64,000 nucleotides of DNA. Origin: the human T2T-CHM13v2.0 reference genome, Homo sapiens. Under the pieces are notes generated by a model that did no database searches, was not told the DNA's origin, and worked only from the letters and a program-made list of their open reading frames with translations. This document shows, piece by piece, positions 63,621 to 64,000 of the stretch. How positions within the stretch are numbered: the first letter of the stretch is position 1; every line of letters begins with the position of its first letter. The position numbers and the translations under genes were made by a program. Where the stretch lies: the NCBI GenBank assembly GCA_009914755.4, contig CP086569.2, forward strand, positions 18,304,001 through 18,368,000. The letters run 5' to 3'.

Positions 63621-64000
63621 TTATGGGGGCACTTGGTTTCACGGCTTCCACTAAGCTGGATTTGGGGAGGATTTGGCCTCTATAATGAAGTTTAATGTTG
63701 TTGTCTCTGCAGTAGTGACAAGGTATGGACATGGTTGTTTTTATTAAAAGTAGTTTACTTCTCAATAATTTTATACTTCTAGGAAACTTCCAATAGCTGT
63801 TAGTATAATCTTTTCTCTCAGAATCTCCAGTGGTTTCTGCTGTGCCAGATTTGAACCTTTATGCAAAATATCCCAGGGGTTTTATGAAAAGTGAGGACAC
63901 TCTCCAAGGATACCATCACATAACTATTAAATCAGGAAATACAGGGTTAGTAATGGTAATGGTAATGACAAAATATTCATTTACAATTACAAATTTCATC

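Noticed and set aside
62880-63765. Two overlapping minus-strand ORFs (112 and 188 aa) rich in repeated peptide motifs (VTSVFQ..., IMGV...)
   Set aside because: They are stop-free frames through the 20-bp/318-bp tandem repeat. Periodic peptide repeats mirror the DNA periodicity; there is no start context and no homology.

Overview
This window is primate (almost certainly human) nuclear DNA, not a prokaryotic locus. I could not support any cellular protein-coding gene, rRNA/tRNA gene, CRISPR array or operon-like 'system'.

The window is dominated by retrotransposons:
- about 15 Alu elements;
- at least 10 L1 (LINE-1) pieces, including one roughly full-length 6.2 kb L1PA on the minus strand and a 4 kb L1 with a 5' inversion typical of twin priming;
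- an older MaLR LTR;
- several endogenous-retrovirus (ERV) pieces.

AT-rich microsatellites/minisatellites and a satellite-like higher-order tandem array near the 3' end are also present.

The ERV pieces are:
- a plus-strand class I ERV pol/env fragment with its 3' LTR (4.5-8.4 kb);
- a minus-strand gamma-like provirus (21.4-26.8 kb) with matching 465-bp LTRs, a tRNA-Arg-type primer binding site and HERV-W/H/9-like gag, pro-RT and env-TM remnants;
- a pair of same-family, same-orientation LTR copies (about 14.9 and 28.6 kb) that bracket that provirus.

The things most worth a second look are:
- the nested/bracketed ERV locus;
- several L1 structural oddities (twin-priming inversion, hairpin-like junction, atypical 3' junction on the full-length L1);
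- a 318-bp higher-order-repeat array built from 20-bp monomers;
- an isolated GC-rich 300-bp island with a minus-strand ORF and an AATAAA signal that might be a terminal exon.

All family assignments are from memory of consensus sequences without alignment tools, so coordinates are approximate (about 20 bp) and subfamily calls are tentative.
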